51,565 nucleotides of DNA from Paenisporosarcina sp. (GCA_041576455.1 JBFGKX010000001.1:1-51565), one strand, 5' to 3'; shown: positions 11,199-24,695, counted from the first letter of the stretch. Numbers and translations: made by a program. The notes: generated by a model from the letters alone, not told the origin.

Positions 11199-11912
11199 AT
11201 GTCAGTAATTTCTATGAAACAATTACTTGAGGCTGGTGTACACTTCGGTCACCAAACTCGCCGTTGGAACCCTAAAATGAAAAAATTCATTTTTGTGGAA
11301 CGTAACGGTATCTATATCATTGATCTACAAAAAACGGTTAAAAAGTTAGAAGAAGCATATGACTTCATGCGTCAAGTTGGTGCTGATGGTGGTAAAGTTC
11401 TTTTCGTTGGTACGAAAAAACAAGCACAAGAAGCAATCAAAGAAGAAGCAGAACGTTCAGGTATGTACTATGTTAACCAACGTTGGTTAGGTGGAACATT
11501 AACGAACTTCGGTACGATTCAAAAACGTGTTAATCGTTTAAAAGCAATCGAAAAAATGGAAGAAGATGGTACTTTCACTGTTCTTCCTAAAAAAGAAGTT
11601 GTTCAACTTAAAAAAGAACACGAACGTCTTGTTAAATTCTTAGGCGGTATTCGCGATATGAAAGGTGTACCGGATGTAATGTTCGTAGTAGACCCTCGTA
11701 AAGAGCGTATTGCTGTTGCAGAAGCGATTAAATTGAACATCCCTCTAGTAGGAATTGTTGATACAAACTGTGACCCAGATGAAATCGACTACGTAATTCC
11801 TGCAAACGACGATGCTATTCGTGCCGTTAAATTATTAACTGGTAAAATGGCAGATGCGTTACTTGAGTCAAAACAAGGTGAAGAAGAATCTCCAGCTGAA
11901 GCTGCTGAATAA
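11199..11912 (+). CDS. rpsB: 30S ribosomal protein S2
   Basis: [44 protein letters not shown]; SD AGGAGG. Confidence 0.99.
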   Translation: MSVISMKQLLEAGVHFGHQTRRWNPKMKKFIFVERNGIYIIDLQKTVKKLEEAYDFMRQVGADGGKVLFVGTKKQAQEAIKEEAERSGMYYVNQRWLGGTLTNFGTIQKRVNRLKAIEKMEEDGTFTVLPKKEVVQLKKEHERLVKFLGGIRDMKGVPDVMFVVDPRKERIAVAEAIKLNIPLVGIVDTNCDPDEIDYVIPANDDAIRAVKLLTGKMADALLESKQGEEESPAEAAE

Positions 11913-11928
11913 TTCGCACGTATGTTAC

Positions 11929-11965
11929 AGGTGATAAGCGGCTAAACCCCTTATCACCTTTTTTT
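11929..11965 (+). terminator. Intrinsic terminator/attenuator between rpsB and tsf
   Basis: AGGTGATAAG...CTTATCACCT followed by a T run. Confidence 0.8.
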
Positions 11966-12008
11966 GAGAAATTACACAAAGTTGATACTTGAATAGGAGG
12001 AAACAACA

Positions 12009-12893
12009 ATGGCAGTAACAGCACAAATGGTTAAAGAATTACGCGAAAAAACAGGCGCAGGTATGATGGACTGTAAAAAAGCATTAGTAGAAACAAACGG
12101 TGATATTGAAGCAGCAGTAGACTTTTTACGTGAAAAAGGTCTTTCAAGTGCAGCTAAAAAAGCTGATCGAATCGCAGCAGAAGGTTCAACATTCATTTTA
12201 GAACAAGGGAATGAAGCTGTTTTAGTTGAAGTAAATGCGGAAACGGATTTTGTTGCTAAAAATGAAGGATTCCAAACTTTAGTAAGAGAACTAGCTGAGC
12301 ACTTATTAGCTACTAAACCAGCTACAGTTGAAGAAGCTACTGCTTCTACTATGTCAAACGGTCTAGTTGTTGCTGATCACATTTCAAATGCAATTGCCAA
12401 AATTGGCGAAAAAATCACATTACGTCGTTTTGTTGTTCGCACTAAAACAGACAATGATGCATTTGGTCCATACCTTCACATGGGTGGTCGTATTGGCGTT
12501 CTTGTAACACTTGAAGGATCTACAGATGCGCAAGCAGCTAAAGATGTTGCTATGCATGTTGCAGCTTTAAACCCAACGTACATTTCACGTGACGAAGTTT
12601 CTGAAGAAGAAGTGGATCGTGAACGCAAAGTGTTAACTGAGCAAGCCCTAAATGAAGGCAAGCCAGAAAACATCGTTGCTAAAATGGTTGAAGGTCGTCT
12701 AGGTAAGTATTTTGAAGATGTTTGCTTACTTGATCAATCATTCGTTAAAAACTCAGATCAAAAAGTACGTGATTTCGTAAAATCAACAGGCGGTACTGTA
12801 ACAGAAATCGTACGCTACAGTGTTGGTGAAGGAATCGAAAAACGTCAAGATAACTTTGCTGAAGAAGTTATGAGCCAAGTTAACAAAGGGTAA
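12009..12893 (+). CDS. tsf: Elongation factor Ts
   Basis: [35 protein letters not shown]. Confidence 0.99.
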   Translation: MAVTAQMVKELREKTGAGMMDCKKALVETNGDIEAAVDFLREKGLSSAAKKADRIAAEGSTFILEQGNEAVLVEVNAETDFVAKNEGFQTLVRELAEHLLATKPATVEEATASTMSNGLVVADHISNAIAKIGEKITLRRFVVRTKTDNDAFGPYLHMGGRIGVLVTLEGSTDAQAAKDVAMHVAALNPTYISRDEVSEEEVDRERKVLTEQALNEGKPENIVAKMVEGRLGKYFEDVCLLDQSFVKNSDQKVRDFVKSTGGTVTEIVRYSVGEGIEKRQDNFAEEVMSQVNKG

Positions 12894-12950
12894 ATAGTAA
12901 AGTGAAAAGGCCTTGCCTTTGAAACTAGAAATAAATAGATGATTAACTCC

Positions 12951-12980
12951 GGGGAGCACGATTTTGTGTTCCCCATTTTT
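12951..12980 (+). terminator. Hairpin/terminator after tsf
   Basis: GGGGAGCAC-gatttt-GTGTTCCCC-ATTTTT. Confidence 0.7.
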
Positions 12981-13008
12981 CAAGAAAAAAGTGTAATGGA
13001 GGTTACCT

Positions 13009-13734
13009 ATGAGTGCACCACAATACAAACGTGTCGTTTTAAAATTAAGTGGAGAAGCTTTAGCAGGAGAGCAAGGCTTCGGGCTTTCCCCAGAAATAAT
13101 TAAGTCTGTTGCAGAGCAAGTAAAAGAAGTGGTTGAATTAGGTGTGGAAGTGGCTGTTGTTGTTGGCGGCGGAAACATTTGGCGTGGTAAAGTAGGTAGT
13201 GAAATGGGAATGGACCGTGCAACGGCCGATTACATGGGCATGCTAGCTACTGTCATGAACTCTTTAGCGCTTCAAGATTCACTTGAAAAATCTGGGGTTG
13301 AAACTCGTGTTCAATCTTCAATTGAAATGCGTCAGGTAGCTGAGCCGTATATTCGTAGAAAAGCAATTCGTCATTTAGAAAAAAAGAGAGTTGTTATTTT
13401 TTCTGCGGGAACAGGTAACCCTTATTTCTCAACAGATACAACTGCAGCATTACGAGCAGCAGAAATCGAAGCTGACGTTATTTTAATGGGTAAAAACAAT
13501 GTAGATGGTGTTTATTCAGATGATCCAAAAACGAATAGCAAAGCTGTTAAGTATGATAAACTATCATTTTTAGAAGTGATTCAACAAGGCTTGCAAGTAA
13601 TGGATTCGACTGCCTCAACATTATGTATGGACAACGATATCCCACTCATAGTATTCTCGATTATGGAACATGGAAATATTAAACGTGTCGTTTTAGGTGA
13701 AGAAATTGGCACAATTGTTAGGAGGAATACGTAA
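13009..13734 (+). CDS. pyrH: UMP kinase
   Basis: [39 protein letters not shown]. Confidence 0.99.
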   Translation: MSAPQYKRVVLKLSGEALAGEQGFGLSPEIIKSVAEQVKEVVELGVEVAVVVGGGNIWRGKVGSEMGMDRATADYMGMLATVMNSLALQDSLEKSGVETRVQSSIEMRQVAEPYIRRKAIRHLEKKRVVIFSAGTGNPYFSTDTTAALRAAEIEADVILMGKNNVDGVYSDDPKTNSKAVKYDKLSFLEVIQQGLQVMDSTASTLCMDNDIPLIVFSIMEHGNIKRVVLGEEIGTIVRRNT

Positions 13735-14291
13735 TGTCAAAACAAGTGATTGATCAAACAAAAGAAAGAATGACGAAAGCAATCCAGGCCTTGAGTCGTG
13801 AGCTTTCGACCATTCGTGCAGGTCGTGCAAGTTCTTCGTTATTGGATAAAATATTTGTTGACTATTATGGTGCACCGACGCCAATCAATCAAATCGCAGG
13901 AATCGCTACACCTGAAGCTCGTTTGTTGACAATTCAACCTTATGATAAGTCAGCACTTGGGGATATCGAAAAAGCAATTCACAAGTCTGACTTAGGAATC
14001 ACGCCAACAAATGACGGAACATTAATTCGTATTGCAATTCCAGCCTTAACAGAAGAGCGTCGTAAAGACTTGGTGAAACTGGTTAAAAAAGAAGCAGAAG
14101 AAGCAAAAGTTGGGATACGGAATATCCGACGAGATGCAAATGATGAATTAAAGAAATTAGAGAAGAAAAGTGAAATCACTGAAGATGAATTACGTGGATT
14201 CTCTGAAAATGTACAAAAACTAACAGACGATTATATTGTACAAATCGATCAAGTTGCTAAAGATAAAGAAAAAGAAATTTTAGAAGTATAA
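13734..14291 (+). CDS. frr: Ribosome recycling factor
   Basis: 185 aa; [33 protein letters not shown]; 1-nt overlap with pyrH. Confidence 0.99.
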   Translation: MSKQVIDQTKERMTKAIQALSRELSTIRAGRASSSLLDKIFVDYYGAPTPINQIAGIATPEARLLTIQPYDKSALGDIEKAIHKSDLGITPTNDGTLIRIAIPALTEERRKDLVKLVKKEAEEAKVGIRNIRRDANDELKKLEKKSEITEDELRGFSENVQKLTDDYIVQIDQVAKDKEKEILEV

Positions 14292-14312
14292 TACTCTGAA
14301 CTTTTTTTCTCT

Positions 14313-14347
14313 AAAGACGTTCCTATATATTAGGACGTCTTTTTTTA
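14313..14347 (+). terminator. Intrinsic terminator after frr
   Basis: AAAGACGTTCCTA...TAGGACGTCT followed by a T run (one bulge). Confidence 0.75.
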
Positions 14348-14429
14348 TGGGAATGAACAAAATCTCATCAATATTTGTTATGATAGGGTAGATAACATTC
14401 CGATAAGTGCGTATAGTGGAGGATTTAAC

Positions 14430-15224
14430 ATGTTACATAAACTCATTCGGAGAAAACCCGAACAACAAAGTCAATCACTGGAAGAGCGAATCTCTCTTTC
14501 AAAAGAAGAACAAATTCCTGCGCACATCGCCATCATCATGGATGGGAATGGGAGATGGGCTAAAAAGCGTGCACTGCCTAGGATAGCTGGACATCATGAA
14601 GGCATGAAAACGGTTCGTAAAATTACTAGGCTTGCAAATGATTTAGGAGTACGTGCATTAACGGTATATGCATTTTCAACTGAAAACTGGAAACGTCCTA
14701 AACTAGAAGTTGATTTTATTATGCGGTTACCTGAGGAATTTTTAGCAACATATTTACCGGAACTTATCGAGCAAAATGTACGTGTCGTCATGATGGGAGA
14801 AAGTGATACTCTACCAAGGCACACGCAAGATGCCGTGAAAAAAGCGATGGAAGCAACGAAAACAAATACAGGTTTAATTCTCAATTTTGCGCTGAACTAT
14901 GGGAGTAGAGCAGAAATCGCAAAAGCCATGCAAATGATCGCCCAAAAAATACAAGAAGGTTTACTTACGCATAACGAAGTGACAGAAGACTTAATCTCGA
15001 AACACTTAATGACTTGTGAATTACCTGATCCAGACTTACTCATCCGCACAAGTGGAGAAGTTCGCTTAAGCAATTTTATGTTATGGCAATTGGCCTACAC
15101 TGAATTTTGGTTTACGGATACACTATGGCCAGATTTTGATGAACATTGTTTACTGGATGCAGTGGAGAATTACCAAAACCGAAATCGTCGCTATGGAGGA
15201 TTGAAGGGAGAAGAAACGAATTGA
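14430..15224 (+). CDS. uppS: Undecaprenyl diphosphate synthase
   Basis: HIAIIMDGNGRWA, FSTENWKRP, LNYGSR, DLLIRTSGEVRLSNF. Confidence 0.98.
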   Translation: MLHKLIRRKPEQQSQSLEERISLSKEEQIPAHIAIIMDGNGRWAKKRALPRIAGHHEGMKTVRKITRLANDLGVRALTVYAFSTENWKRPKLEVDFIMRLPEEFLATYLPELIEQNVRVVMMGESDTLPRHTQDAVKKAMEATKTNTGLILNFALNYGSRAEIAKAMQMIAQKIQEGLLTHNEVTEDLISKHLMTCELPDPDLLIRTSGEVRLSNFMLWQLAYTEFWFTDTLWPDFDEHCLLDAVENYQNRNRRYGGLKGEETN

Positions 15225-16015
15225 AACAACGCATTATTACTGGAATAAGTGCGGCTGCTCTATTCATTCCAATCGTAATACTTGGCGGGCTGCCATTTAC
15301 ACTGCTCATTTATGCGATTGCAGCAGTAGGGCTATTTGAGATCTTGCGAATGAAAGGTCTAACGATATTTTCCGTGCAAGGATCTATTACATTGATGGCC
15401 TTATTTATTATTTTATTACCTAATCATTGGTCTGTCCCTTTACTAAATATGACAGGGTACACAAAAATCGATTTAATCCTGATGGCTATCCTATTATTAT
15501 TAACTTATACAGTTGTAGTAAAAAACCGTTTTACATTTGAGGATGTTGCATTTTCATTAATGGGGGCATTATACGTTGGAATCGGGTTCTATTATTTTAT
15601 TGAGACTCGTTTAATTGGAATTGAATATGTTATTTTTGCGCTTATGATTATATGGGCAACGGACTCAGGTGCCTATTTTACAGGGAAAAAATTTGGAAAG
15701 AAAAAATTGTGGCCTGAAATTTCACCAAATAAAACGGTTGAAGGGTTTTATGGGGGGATCGCAACTGCACTTGTTTTCGCCTTTATTTTTCAATGGATTT
15801 CACCAATTAGCACATCTACGATCATGTTAATTGTTGTTACAATTACGGCTTCAGTCTTTGGTCAAGTTGGAGATTTAGTGGAATCTGGCCTTAAACGTCA
15901 CTATCATGTAAAAGATTCGGGGAATATTTTGCCAGGTCATGGAGGAATATTAGATCGGTTTGATAGTTTGTTGTTTGTGATTCCACTGTTACATTTCTTG
16001 CATTTTGTAGGTTAA
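15221..16015 (+). CDS. cdsA: Phosphatidate cytidylyltransferase
   Basis: Membrane protein with ISPNKTVEG, GDLVES, KDSG..LPGHGGILDRFDS; TTG 15221 overlaps the uppS stop. Confidence 0.97.
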   Translation: MKQRIITGISAAALFIPIVILGGLPFTLLIYAIAAVGLFEILRMKGLTIFSVQGSITLMALFIILLPNHWSVPLLNMTGYTKIDLILMAILLLLTYTVVVKNRFTFEDVAFSLMGALYVGIGFYYFIETRLIGIEYVIFALMIIWATDSGAYFTGKKFGKKKLWPEISPNKTVEGFYGGIATALVFAFIFQWISPISTSTIMLIVVTITASVFGQVGDLVESGLKRHYHVKDSGNILPGHGGILDRFDSLLFVIPLLHFLHFVG

Positions 16016-16030
16016 GGAGACGAAGCGAAT

Positions 16031-17179
16031 ATGACTAAACAAATTAGCTTATTAGGAGCTACGGGCTCAATAGGCATTCAAACGATTGACATTATAAGAG
16101 AGCATCCACAAGAATTTAAATTAGTGGCATTTTCAGCAGGAAAAAATATTGAAAAGACGAAAGAAATTATTCAGGAATTTTCTCCTTCACTAGTATCTGT
16201 TCAAGAAGAAAATGATGCCATTCTTTTAAAGAAGGAATTTCCGAGGATTACTCTTGCATATGGTAGTAGAGGTTTGATAGATGTTGCAACTCATCCCGAT
16301 TCAACCATCTTAGTGAACGCGGTATTAGGAAGTGTTGGATTAGAGTCTACGTTAGAGGCAATAAAACAACAGAAAACTATTGCTCTCGCAAATAAAGAAA
16401 CACTTGTCACAGCTGGACATTTGGTCATGGCAGCAGCTGAAAAATACAATGCAGCAATTTTACCGGTCGATAGTGAACATTCAGCGTTGTTTCAATCTAT
16501 GAATGGTGAAAAAAGAAGTCAAGTAAGCCGTTTAATTTTAACAGCTTCTGGTGGAAGTTTTCGCGATCTCACACGATCAGATTTAGAAAACGTAACCATT
16601 GAAGATGCTTTAAACCATCCCAACTGGTCAATGGGCGCGAAAATTACAATTGACTCGGCAACCATGATGAATAAAGGATTAGAAGTGATTGAAGCGCAAG
16701 TATTATTTGATATGTCTTATGACAACATAGAAGTAGTGTTGCATCGCGAGAGTATTATTCACTCTCTAGTTGAATTTCAAGACACGAGTGTTATGGCACA
16801 ATTGGGCACCCCTGATATGCGTGTTCCGATTCAATATGCTCTTTCCTATCCAAATCGTCTACCAAGGGCACAAGCAAAACGTTTAAATCTTGTCGAAATA
16901 GGTAAACTGCATTTTGAAGAAATGAATTTAAATCGTTTTCATGCGTTAAAACTTGCTTATGATGCTGGACGAGCAGGCGGTTCAATGACGACGGTTTTAA
17001 ATGCAGCAAATGAAGCAGCGGTTGCTTTATTCTTAAAAGGTGATATTCGCTTTTTGCAAATTGAAGAATTAATTGAGCGTGTGATGGATAAACATGATAT
17101 TATTAGCACCCCAGATTTAGAAACAATATTACATGTAGATGCGCAAACGAGAAAAGCTGTTCAAAACATGGTAAAATGA
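16031..17179 (+). CDS. dxr: 1-deoxy-D-xylulose-5-phosphate reductoisomerase
   Basis: [47 protein letters not shown]. Confidence 0.99.
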   Translation: MTKQISLLGATGSIGIQTIDIIREHPQEFKLVAFSAGKNIEKTKEIIQEFSPSLVSVQEENDAILLKKEFPRITLAYGSRGLIDVATHPDSTILVNAVLGSVGLESTLEAIKQQKTIALANKETLVTAGHLVMAAAEKYNAAILPVDSEHSALFQSMNGEKRSQVSRLILTASGGSFRDLTRSDLENVTIEDALNHPNWSMGAKITIDSATMMNKGLEVIEAQVLFDMSYDNIEVVLHRESIIHSLVEFQDTSVMAQLGTPDMRVPIQYALSYPNRLPRAQAKRLNLVEIGKLHFEEMNLNRFHALKLAYDAGRAGGSMTTVLNAANEAAVALFLKGDIRFLQIEELIERVMDKHDIISTPDLETILHVDAQTRKAVQNMVK

Positions 17180-17223
17180 TGAAAGAATGATGACAGCTAA
17201 ACGCTGTAAAAAGGTGGGACTTT

Positions 17224-18483
17224 ATGGAGACAACCATTGCTTTTATCTTAATTTTTGGTTCACTTGTTTTTTTTCATGAATTAGGACATTTTATTTTTGC
17301 GAAACGTGCAGGAATTATGGTGAGAGAATTCGCAGTAGGTTTTGGACCGAAAATTGTAGCAATTACTAAAGGTGAAACTCTTTATACCATTCGCTTACTA
17401 CCGCTTGGTGGGTATGTTCGAATGGCTGGAGAAGATATGGATTCAATTGAATTACAACCTGGGTACAGAGTAGGGTTAGTATTAAATGCAAAAGAAGAAA
17501 TCGTTAAAATCTTTTTAAATCAGAATAAACAACAACAAGATATGTTATTTTTAGAAACTGAACGTGCAGATTTAGAAAAAGGACTTTGGATTGAAGGCTA
17601 TGATGAAGAAGAACGACTTGTCCGGTATTCAGTTTCTCGAAATGCTGTTATTTCTGAGAATGGCAAAGAAACACTAATTGCTCCTTTTGATCGCCAATTT
17701 GGATCGAAATCAATCGGTAAACGTGCAATGGCAATATTTGCAGGACCGTTATTTAACTTTATTTTAGCTTTCTTTATCTTTTTAATGATTGGTTTACTAC
17801 AAGGTGTTCCGACCTATGAACCAATCATTTCAGGCGTTGCACCAGATGGTCCTGCGCTAAATGCAGGTATGCAAGATGGTGATTTAGTCACTAAAATAGA
17901 TGGAGAACCCATTGATTCATGGCAGGATCTTGCTTCAAAAGTGCAAGATAGTGCAGGAGAATCCCTAACATTTGAATATGTACGTGATGGTGAAGTCATT
18001 AATTCGACTATTACTCCTAAAACAATTGAACAAGATGGCCACACTTTTGGTCAAATTGGTGTTTTATATGAAAGTCCAGTTGAAAAAAATCCAGTAAAAG
18101 CACTGGCTTTTGGCGCAAACCAAACGATTAGTTGGACTGTGAAAATTTTCGAACTGCTCGGGATGTTGATTACTGGTGAATTTAGTATTGATGCGTTGTC
18201 GGGTCCAGTGGGGATTTATAAAGCGACCGAAGAAGTAGCTCAATATGGCGTCTTTAATCTCATGAATTGGGCTGCCATATTAAGTATTAATTTAGGGATT
18301 ATGAATTTACTCCCATTACCAGCATTAGATGGAGGAAGATTATTATTCTTCTTATATGAAGCGGTAAGAGGGAAACCTGTGGATCGCCAAAAAGAAGGAA
18401 TGGTTCATTTTGTTGGAATCATGTTGTTAATGGTATTAATGGTCGTTGTCACATGGAATGATATTCAAAGATTTTTCTTTTAA
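17224..18483 (+). CDS. rseP: Site-2 intramembrane metalloprotease RseP/RasP
   Basis: HELGH zinc motif, PLGGYV, PDZ region, NLLPLPALDGG. Confidence 0.97.
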   Translation: METTIAFILIFGSLVFFHELGHFIFAKRAGIMVREFAVGFGPKIVAITKGETLYTIRLLPLGGYVRMAGEDMDSIELQPGYRVGLVLNAKEEIVKIFLNQNKQQQDMLFLETERADLEKGLWIEGYDEEERLVRYSVSRNAVISENGKETLIAPFDRQFGSKSIGKRAMAIFAGPLFNFILAFFIFLMIGLLQGVPTYEPIISGVAPDGPALNAGMQDGDLVTKIDGEPIDSWQDLASKVQDSAGESLTFEYVRDGEVINSTITPKTIEQDGHTFGQIGVLYESPVEKNPVKALAFGANQTISWTVKIFELLGMLITGEFSIDALSGPVGIYKATEEVAQYGVFNLMNWAAILSINLGIMNLLPLPALDGGRLLFFLYEAVRGKPVDRQKEGMVHFVGIMLLMVLMVVVTWNDIQRFFF

Positions 18484-18522
18484 TAATAAAAATTTACTGA
18501 AGGTAAGAGGAGCTTTTAATAT

Positions 18523-20235
18523 ATGAAACAAAGTCTTACATTTATCCCTACACTACGTGAGACACCAGCTGATGCGGACGTTAAGTCGCATCAGTTGCTT
18601 CTACGTGCAGGGTTTATTCGCCAAAATACAAGTGGAATTTACTCGTTTTTACCATTAGGGAAGCGTGTACTTCAAAAGATAGAAAGTATTGTCAGAGAAG
18701 AAATGGACGCCATTAATGGAGTAGAAGTATTAATGCCTGCTATGCAACAAGCTGAACTATGGCAAGAAACGGGACGTTGGTACTCCTACGGTCCTGAATT
18801 GATGAGATTGAAAGATCGACACAATCGTGATTTCGCTTTAGGTGCTACTCATGAAGAAGTAATTACTTCTTTGTTACGTGATGAGATCAAATCATATAAA
18901 AAATTGCCATTAACACTCTATCAAATTCAAACAAAATTCCGAGATGAAAAACGCCCTCGTTTTGGCTTACTTCGTGGCCGGGAGTTTTTGATGAAAGATG
19001 CATATTCTTTCCATGCAACTCGTGAAAGTTTAGATCAAACATACGAAGACATGGTTCAAGCCTATTCGAATATTTTCTCCCGTTTAGGGTTAAATTTCCG
19101 TGCAGTTATAGCAGATTCAGGTGCTATTGGCGGGAAAGATACACATGAGTTTATGGTGCTTTCTGATATTGGGGAAGACACAATCGCTTATTCGGATGCT
19201 TCGAATTTTGCCGCTAACATCGAAATGGCAGAAGTGAATGTAAGTTATGAAGTATCTACAGAAGAATTAAAAGAAGTCGAAAAAATAGCAACGCCTGAAC
19301 AGAAAACAATTGAGCAAGTTGCTACTTTCTTAAATGTTGAAGAAAAACAATGCCTAAAAACACTGGTCTTTAATGTTGACGGAGAATTAGTCGTTGTTTT
19401 ATCACGCGGTGATCATGAAATTAATGACATTAAAGTGAAAAATGTGTTGCAAGCCAAAGTTGTAGAAATGGCAACGGAAGAAGAAATTCAAAACTTGCTT
19501 CATTGTGAAGTTGGCTCCCTTGGCCCCGTCAATATTTCAGATGACATAAAAGTGATTGCAGATCATGGCATTTCATCGATACGTAATGCCGTGTGTGGAG
19601 CGAACGAGCCCGGTTTCCATTTAATGAATGTGAATCCAGAACGTGATTTTGCAATTGATCAATTTGCAGATTTACGTTTTATTAAAGAAGGTGATCCTTC
19701 TCCAGATGGAAAAGGAACAATTGTTTTTGCTAAAGGCATTGAAGTAGGACATGTCTTTAAGTTAGGTACCACTTATTCGGAACCTATGAACGGCACGTTT
19801 TTAGATGACAATGGAAGATCTCAGCCATACATCATGGGATGTTACGGCATTGGCGTTTCAAGAGTAATGGCCGCAGTTGCAGAGCAATTCCAAGATGATA
19901 AAGGGTTTATTTGGCCAAGTCCAATTGCACCTTATCAAGTGCATTTAGTACCGGTAAACACAAAAGACGATGCTCAAGTAGATCTAGCAGATGATTTATA
20001 CAAATTAATGAAGTCTTATCGTTACGATGTGTTATATGATGACCGTGCCGAACGGGCGGGTGTGAAGTTTGCTGATTCTGATTTAATTGGATTGCCAATT
20101 CGAGTGACTGTTGGGAAAAAAGCAGGAGAAGGGTTAGTCGAAGTGAAATTCCGTAAAACTGGCGAAACCTTTGAATGGAAAAAAGAAGAGATTATTGATC
20201 ATCTTCAGTCATTCTTTTCGACATTAAACGATTAA
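18523..20235 (+). CDS. proS: Proline--tRNA ligase (with editing domain)
   Basis: [48 protein letters not shown]. Confidence 0.99.
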   Translation: MKQSLTFIPTLRETPADADVKSHQLLLRAGFIRQNTSGIYSFLPLGKRVLQKIESIVREEMDAINGVEVLMPAMQQAELWQETGRWYSYGPELMRLKDRHNRDFALGATHEEVITSLLRDEIKSYKKLPLTLYQIQTKFRDEKRPRFGLLRGREFLMKDAYSFHATRESLDQTYEDMVQAYSNIFSRLGLNFRAVIADSGAIGGKDTHEFMVLSDIGEDTIAYSDASNFAANIEMAEVNVSYEVSTEELKEVEKIATPEQKTIEQVATFLNVEEKQCLKTLVFNVDGELVVVLSRGDHEINDIKVKNVLQAKVVEMATEEEIQNLLHCEVGSLGPVNISDDIKVIADHGISSIRNAVCGANEPGFHLMNVNPERDFAIDQFADLRFIKEGDPSPDGKGTIVFAKGIEVGHVFKLGTTYSEPMNGTFLDDNGRSQPYIMGCYGIGVSRVMAAVAEQFQDDKGFIWPSPIAPYQVHLVPVNTKDDAQVDLADDLYKLMKSYRYDVLYDDRAERAGVKFADSDLIGLPIRVTVGKKAGEGLVEVKFRKTGETFEWKKEEIIDHLQSFFSTLND

Positions 20236-20237
20236 TC

Positions 20238-20275
20238 AAAAGGAAGACCTTGAAATCGGGTCTTCCTTTCTTTTT
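20238..20275 (+). terminator. Intrinsic terminator after proS
   Basis: AAAAGGAAGACC...GGTCTTCCTTT followed by CTTTTT. Confidence 0.8.
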
Positions 20276-20301
20276 CTTATGAGTGAGTGGAGGTACTTCG
20301 T

Positions 20302-23300
20302 ATGAGTAATGAACAAGACGCAAAAAGAAGGTTAGCCTTATTATTACAACAGTTAGAATTAACTGCTGATGAATATATGAAACACTTTGAATCCGCATCT
20401 TTAAACCGCATGACGGTACATAAAAAAGAGCGGGTTTGGCGTTTTACGATCCAGATTGAGAAACTCCTGCCATATAACCTGTTTCAGTTATTTAATACAC
20501 GAATACGTGAAAAATTTGCAGGGATTGCCGATATCAAATTATCATTGATTTGTGACAATGTTGAAGTCAATGAAGAGGAAATAGCTTCCTACTGGCCATT
20601 TATTTTACAAGAAATAGACGATATGTCACCACCACTTCGAAATCGATTACATGCACAAAATCCTACTTTTAACGGACAAACTGTACAATTTACATGTGCT
20701 CATGAAATTGAATTCCGAACATTAAAATCGAAGTATGCGACGAAAATATCATCAGTTTATGCTTCCTACGGTTTTCCAACTTTGCCGATTGATTTTAAAT
20801 TAGTCGAAGAAGAAGCAGAGCTTGCACAAGCGCAGCAAGCATTTATGGAACAGCGTAGAATCGAGGAAGAAGAACTGGGTAAAAAAGCACTAGCAGATAT
20901 GCAAAAACGCGAAAAAGACCGACAATCTAATCCAGGTATTACTTTAAATGGACCATTCCAATTAGGCATTCCGATAAAAGCAGATGAGCCTATCCTTGAA
21001 ATTAAACAAATTCAAGATGAAGAGCGCCGCATCACAATTGAAGGATTCGTGTTTGATGTGGAAGTAAAAGAATTACGGAGTGGCCGCTCTTTGTTAACGG
21101 CAAAAGTAACGGATTACACCGATTCCATACTAGTGAAAATGTTTTCGCGTGATAAAGAAGATGCAGAAATTATGGGATTACTTAAAAAAGGGACATGGTT
21201 AAAAGTACGGGGTTCGGTCCAAAACGACACTTTTGTTCGTGATTTAATCATAATGGCCCAAGATATAATGGAAATAAAAGTAGATGCGAGAAAAGATACG
21301 GCACCTGATAATGAAAAACGTATTGAGCTTCATATGCATACACCGATGAGTCAAATGGATGCAGTTTCATCAGTAGATGCATTAGTAGGACAAGCAGCAA
21401 AATGGGGCCACCCTGCAGTAGCCATTACGGATCATGCAGTCGTTCAATCATTTCCAGATGCCTATGCAGCTGGGAAAAAACATGGAATTAAAATTATCTA
21501 TGGATTAGAAATCTATATGGTGAACGATGGTGTGCCAATCGCATATGAAGAAGAGCACCGTCCATTAACAGATTCTACTTATGTTGTCTTTGACGTAGAA
21601 ACAACTGGGTTATCAGCCGTTTATGACACGATTATTGAGTTAGCTGCTGTGAAAATCAAAAATGGTCAAGTGATTGATAAATTTGAAAGTTTTGCAAATC
21701 CACACCATCCACTATCGGCTACCACTATTGATTTAACTGGGATTACAGATGACATGGTAAACAATGCACCTGAAATCGAAGAAGTAATCAAAAACTTTCA
21801 TGATTGGATTGGCGACAGTATCTTAGTTGCGCACAATGCATCATTTGATATGGGCTTTTTGTATGTTGGGTATAAAAAGTGTGGTCTTGAAAAAACAATT
21901 CATCCTGTTATAGATACGTTAGAATTATCTCGTTTCTTGCATCCCGAATTGAAAAACCATCGATTAAATACGATGGCAAAGAAGTTTAACATTGAACTTA
22001 CACAACATCACCGAGCGATTTATGATGCTGAAGCGACAGGTTATTTACTTTTAAATTTACTAAAAGAAGCTGAACAAAAAGGGATTAATTATCATGATGA
22101 GTTTAATCATCAACCTGGTAATGGGGATTCGTATAAACGGGCTCGTCCTTCACATTGTACGTTGTTAGCTACAGATGAAATAGGATTAAAAAACTTGTTT
22201 AAACTTGTTTCATCCTCTCATATGAACACGTTCTTTAGAGTTCCGAGAATACCTCGTTCCTTATTAGTAAAACATCGAAAAGGGTTATTAATCGGCTCTG
22301 GGTGTGACAAAGGAGAAGTCTTTGAAGGATTAATGCAAAAATCTCCAGAAGAAGTAGAAGAGATTGCAAAATTCTACGACTACTTAGAGATTCATCCAAA
22401 AGAAGTGTATGCTCATTTAATTGAAATGGAACTTGTCAGAGATGAGTGGAATCTTGAGGATATAATTAGGAAAATGATTAAACTGGGGAAAAAGGTCTCT
22501 CGACCTGTTGTAGCGACAGGGAATGTACATTATGTGAATGAGAATGATGCGATATTTAGACAAATCCTCATTGGAGGTCAAGGAGGAGCCAATCCTTTAA
22601 ATCGTCATAAATTGCCAAAGGTGCATTTCCGAACAACTAATGAAATGCTAGAAGCCTTTTCCTTTTTAGGGGAAGAAACGGCTAAGGAAATTGTGGTGGA
22701 AAATAGTCATAAAATAGCGCAAAGAATTGGAGACATTAAGCCAATTAAAGACGATTTGTACACGCCTAAAATTGAAGGTTCTGATGAAGAAGTTCGCTTA
22801 TTAAGCTATGATATGGCAAAAAAAATATATGGAAATCCTCTTCCTGAAATTGTGGAAGCACGTATTGAAAAAGAACTTACATCAATTATTGGACATGGTT
22901 TTGCTGTTATTTATTTAATTTCACATAAATTAGTTAAAAAATCTTTAGATGATGGGTATTTAGTGGGATCTCGTGGTTCAGTAGGTTCTTCACTTGTGGC
23001 AACACTTATGGAAATTACCGAAGTAAATCCACTACCTCCACACTATATATGTCCAGGTTGTCAACACGTTGAATTTTTTGATGATGGCTCCGTAAGTTCA
23101 GGATTTGATTTGCCAAACAAAATCTGCCCACATTGTGAAACGCCATTCAAAAAAGATGGGCAAGATATTCCTTTCGAGACATTCCTTGGATTTAAAGGAG
23201 ATAAAGTACCCGATATCGATTTGAACTTTAGTGGTGAGTACCAACCAAAGGCTCATAATTATACGAAAGTGCTTTTTGGTGAAGATAATGTATATCGTGC

Positions 23301-24630
23301 AGGTACGATTGGAACAGTTGCAGAGAAAACGGCTTATGGTTATGTTCGAGGGTACGCAAATGATCATAATCTAACGATTCGTGGTGCGGAAATTGACCGA
23401 CTTGTCCAAGGTTGTACTGGTGTCAAACGTTCGACCGGACAACATCCAGGTGGAATTATCGTTGTTCCGGATTATATGGATATTTTTGATTTTTCACCAA
23501 TTCAATTCCCAGCAGATGCCCAAGATTCAGAATGGAAAACAACTCATTTCGACTTCCACTCCATTCACGATAACTTGTTAAAACTAGACATTCTTGGACA
23601 CGATGATCCAACGGTGATAAGAATGTTACAAGATTTATCTGGGATAGATCCTAAAACAATTCCAACCGATGATCCAGAAGTGATGAAGATATTTAGTGGG
23701 ACTGAATCGCTTGGGGTAACACAAGATCAAATTGGTTGTAAGACTGGTACACTAGGAATTCCAGAGTTTGGTACACGGTTTGTACGCCAAATGTTAGAAG
23801 AGACCAAGCCTTCCACTTTTTCTGAGTTAGTTCAGATATCTGGCCTCTCACATGGTACGGATGTTTGGTTAGGAAATGCACAGGAACTTATTCAAAATGG
23901 TACCTGTCAATTGTCGGATGTAATTGGATGTCGTGATGATATTATGGTGTATTTAATCTATCAAGGACTTGAACCTTCACTAGCCTTTAAAATTATGGAA
24001 TCCGTTCGTAAAGGAAAAGGATTAACTCCTGAGTTTGAAGAAAACATGCGGGGAAACAGTGTTCCAGAATGGTATATCGAAGCATGTAAGAAAATTAAAT
24101 ACATGTTCCCTAAAGCTCATGCAGCAGCGTATGTATTAATGGCGGTGCGCATCGCTTATTTCAAGGTGCATTTCCCGATTTTATATTACACAGCGTACTT
24201 TACGGTTCGTGCAGCGGATTTTGATTTACATGCAATGACAAAAGGATCAGCATCCATACGAGCAAAAACTGATGAAATTAATGCAAAAGGCTTGGATGCG
24301 GCTCCAAAAGAAAAGAGCTTACTTACAGTACTAGAAATTGCCTTAGAAATGTGTGAACGAGGATATCATTTTAAGAAAGTGGATCTTTATCGATCGAAAG
24401 CCGAAGAATTTATCATTGATGGCAATGGTTTGATTCCCCCATTCAATGCAATACCAGGTTTAGGAACAAATGTAGCAAAAGCAATAGTAGAAGCTCGTAA
24501 AAACGGAGAGTTCCTTTCTAAGGAAGATTTAGGACAGCGAGGACGTGTATCTAAAACGATAATTGAGTACTTGGATCAGCTCGGGTGCCTAGAGGGAATG
24601 CCCGATGCGAATCAATTATCACTATTCTAA
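20302..24630 (+). CDS. polC: DNA polymerase III PolC-type alpha subunit
   Basis: PHP ELHMHT..S.MD, exonuclease [17 protein letters not shown], catalytic PDIDLNF, C-terminal clamp motif QLSLF; SD GGAGG before ATG 20302. Confidence 0.99.
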   Translation: MSNEQDAKRRLALLLQQLELTADEYMKHFESASLNRMTVHKKERVWRFTIQIEKLLPYNLFQLFNTRIREKFAGIADIKLSLICDNVEVNEEEIASYWPFILQEIDDMSPPLRNRLHAQNPTFNGQTVQFTCAHEIEFRTLKSKYATKISSVYASYGFPTLPIDFKLVEEEAELAQAQQAFMEQRRIEEEELGKKALADMQKREKDRQSNPGITLNGPFQLGIPIKADEPILEIKQIQDEERRITIEGFVFDVEVKELRSGRSLLTAKVTDYTDSILVKMFSRDKEDAEIMGLLKKGTWLKVRGSVQNDTFVRDLIIMAQDIMEIKVDARKDTAPDNEKRIELHMHTPMSQMDAVSSVDALVGQAAKWGHPAVAITDHAVVQSFPDAYAAGKKHGIKIIYGLEIYMVNDGVPIAYEEEHRPLTDSTYVVFDVETTGLSAVYDTIIELAAVKIKNGQVIDKFESFANPHHPLSATTIDLTGITDDMVNNAPEIEEVIKNFHDWIGDSILVAHNASFDMGFLYVGYKKCGLEKTIHPVIDTLELSRFLHPELKNHRLNTMAKKFNIELTQHHRAIYDAEATGYLLLNLLKEAEQKGINYHDEFNHQPGNGDSYKRARPSHCTLLATDEIGLKNLFKLVSSSHMNTFFRVPRIPRSLLVKHRKGLLIGSGCDKGEVFEGLMQKSPEEVEEIAKFYDYLEIHPKEVYAHLIEMELVRDEWNLEDIIRKMIKLGKKVSRPVVATGNVHYVNENDAIFRQILIGGQGGANPLNRHKLPKVHFRTTNEMLEAFSFLGEETAKEIVVENSHKIAQRIGDIKPIKDDLYTPKIEGSDEEVRLLSYDMAKKIYGNPLPEIVEARIEKELTSIIGHGFAVIYLISHKLVKKSLDDGYLVGSRGSVGSSLVATLMEITEVNPLPPHYICPGCQHVEFFDDGSVSSGFDLPNKICPHCETPFKKDGQDIPFETFLGFKGDKVPDIDLNFSGEYQPKAHNYTKVLFGEDNVYRAGTIGTVAEKTAYGYVRGYANDHNLTIRGAEIDRLVQGCTGVKRSTGQHPGGIIVVPDYMDIFDFSPIQFPADAQDSEWKTTHFDFHSIHDNLLKLDILGHDDPTVIRMLQDLSGIDPKTIPTDDPEVMKIFSGTESLGVTQDQIGCKTGTLGIPEFGTRFVRQMLEETKPSTFSELVQISGLSHGTDVWLGNAQELIQNGTCQLSDVIGCRDDIMVYLIYQGLEPSLAFKIMESVRKGKGLTPEFEENMRGNSVPEWYIEACKKIKYMFPKAHAAAYVLMAVRIAYFKVHFPILYYTAYFTVRAADFDLHAMTKGSASIRAKTDEINAKGLDAAPKEKSLLTVLEIALEMCERGYHFKKVDLYRSKAEEFIIDGNGLIPPFNAIPGLGTNVAKAIVEARKNGEFLSKEDLGQRGRVSKTIIEYLDQLGCLEGMPDANQLSLF

Positions 24631-24637
24631 GTGCGAT

Positions 24638-24666
24638 TTGCACTGAAACGTTGAGTATGGTATGAT
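24638..24666 (+). promoter_or_regulatory. SigA promoter of the rimP-nusA-infB operon
   Basis: TTGCAC, 17 bp, TGgTATGAT extended -10. Confidence 0.75.
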
Positions 24667-24695
24667 TTTCATAACAAGTTGTTGATAGATTTACG

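Noticed and set aside
20302-24630. Intein or intron in the long polC ORF
   Set aside because: The length (about 1440 aa) and domain order are normal for PolC, and I saw no splice motifs.
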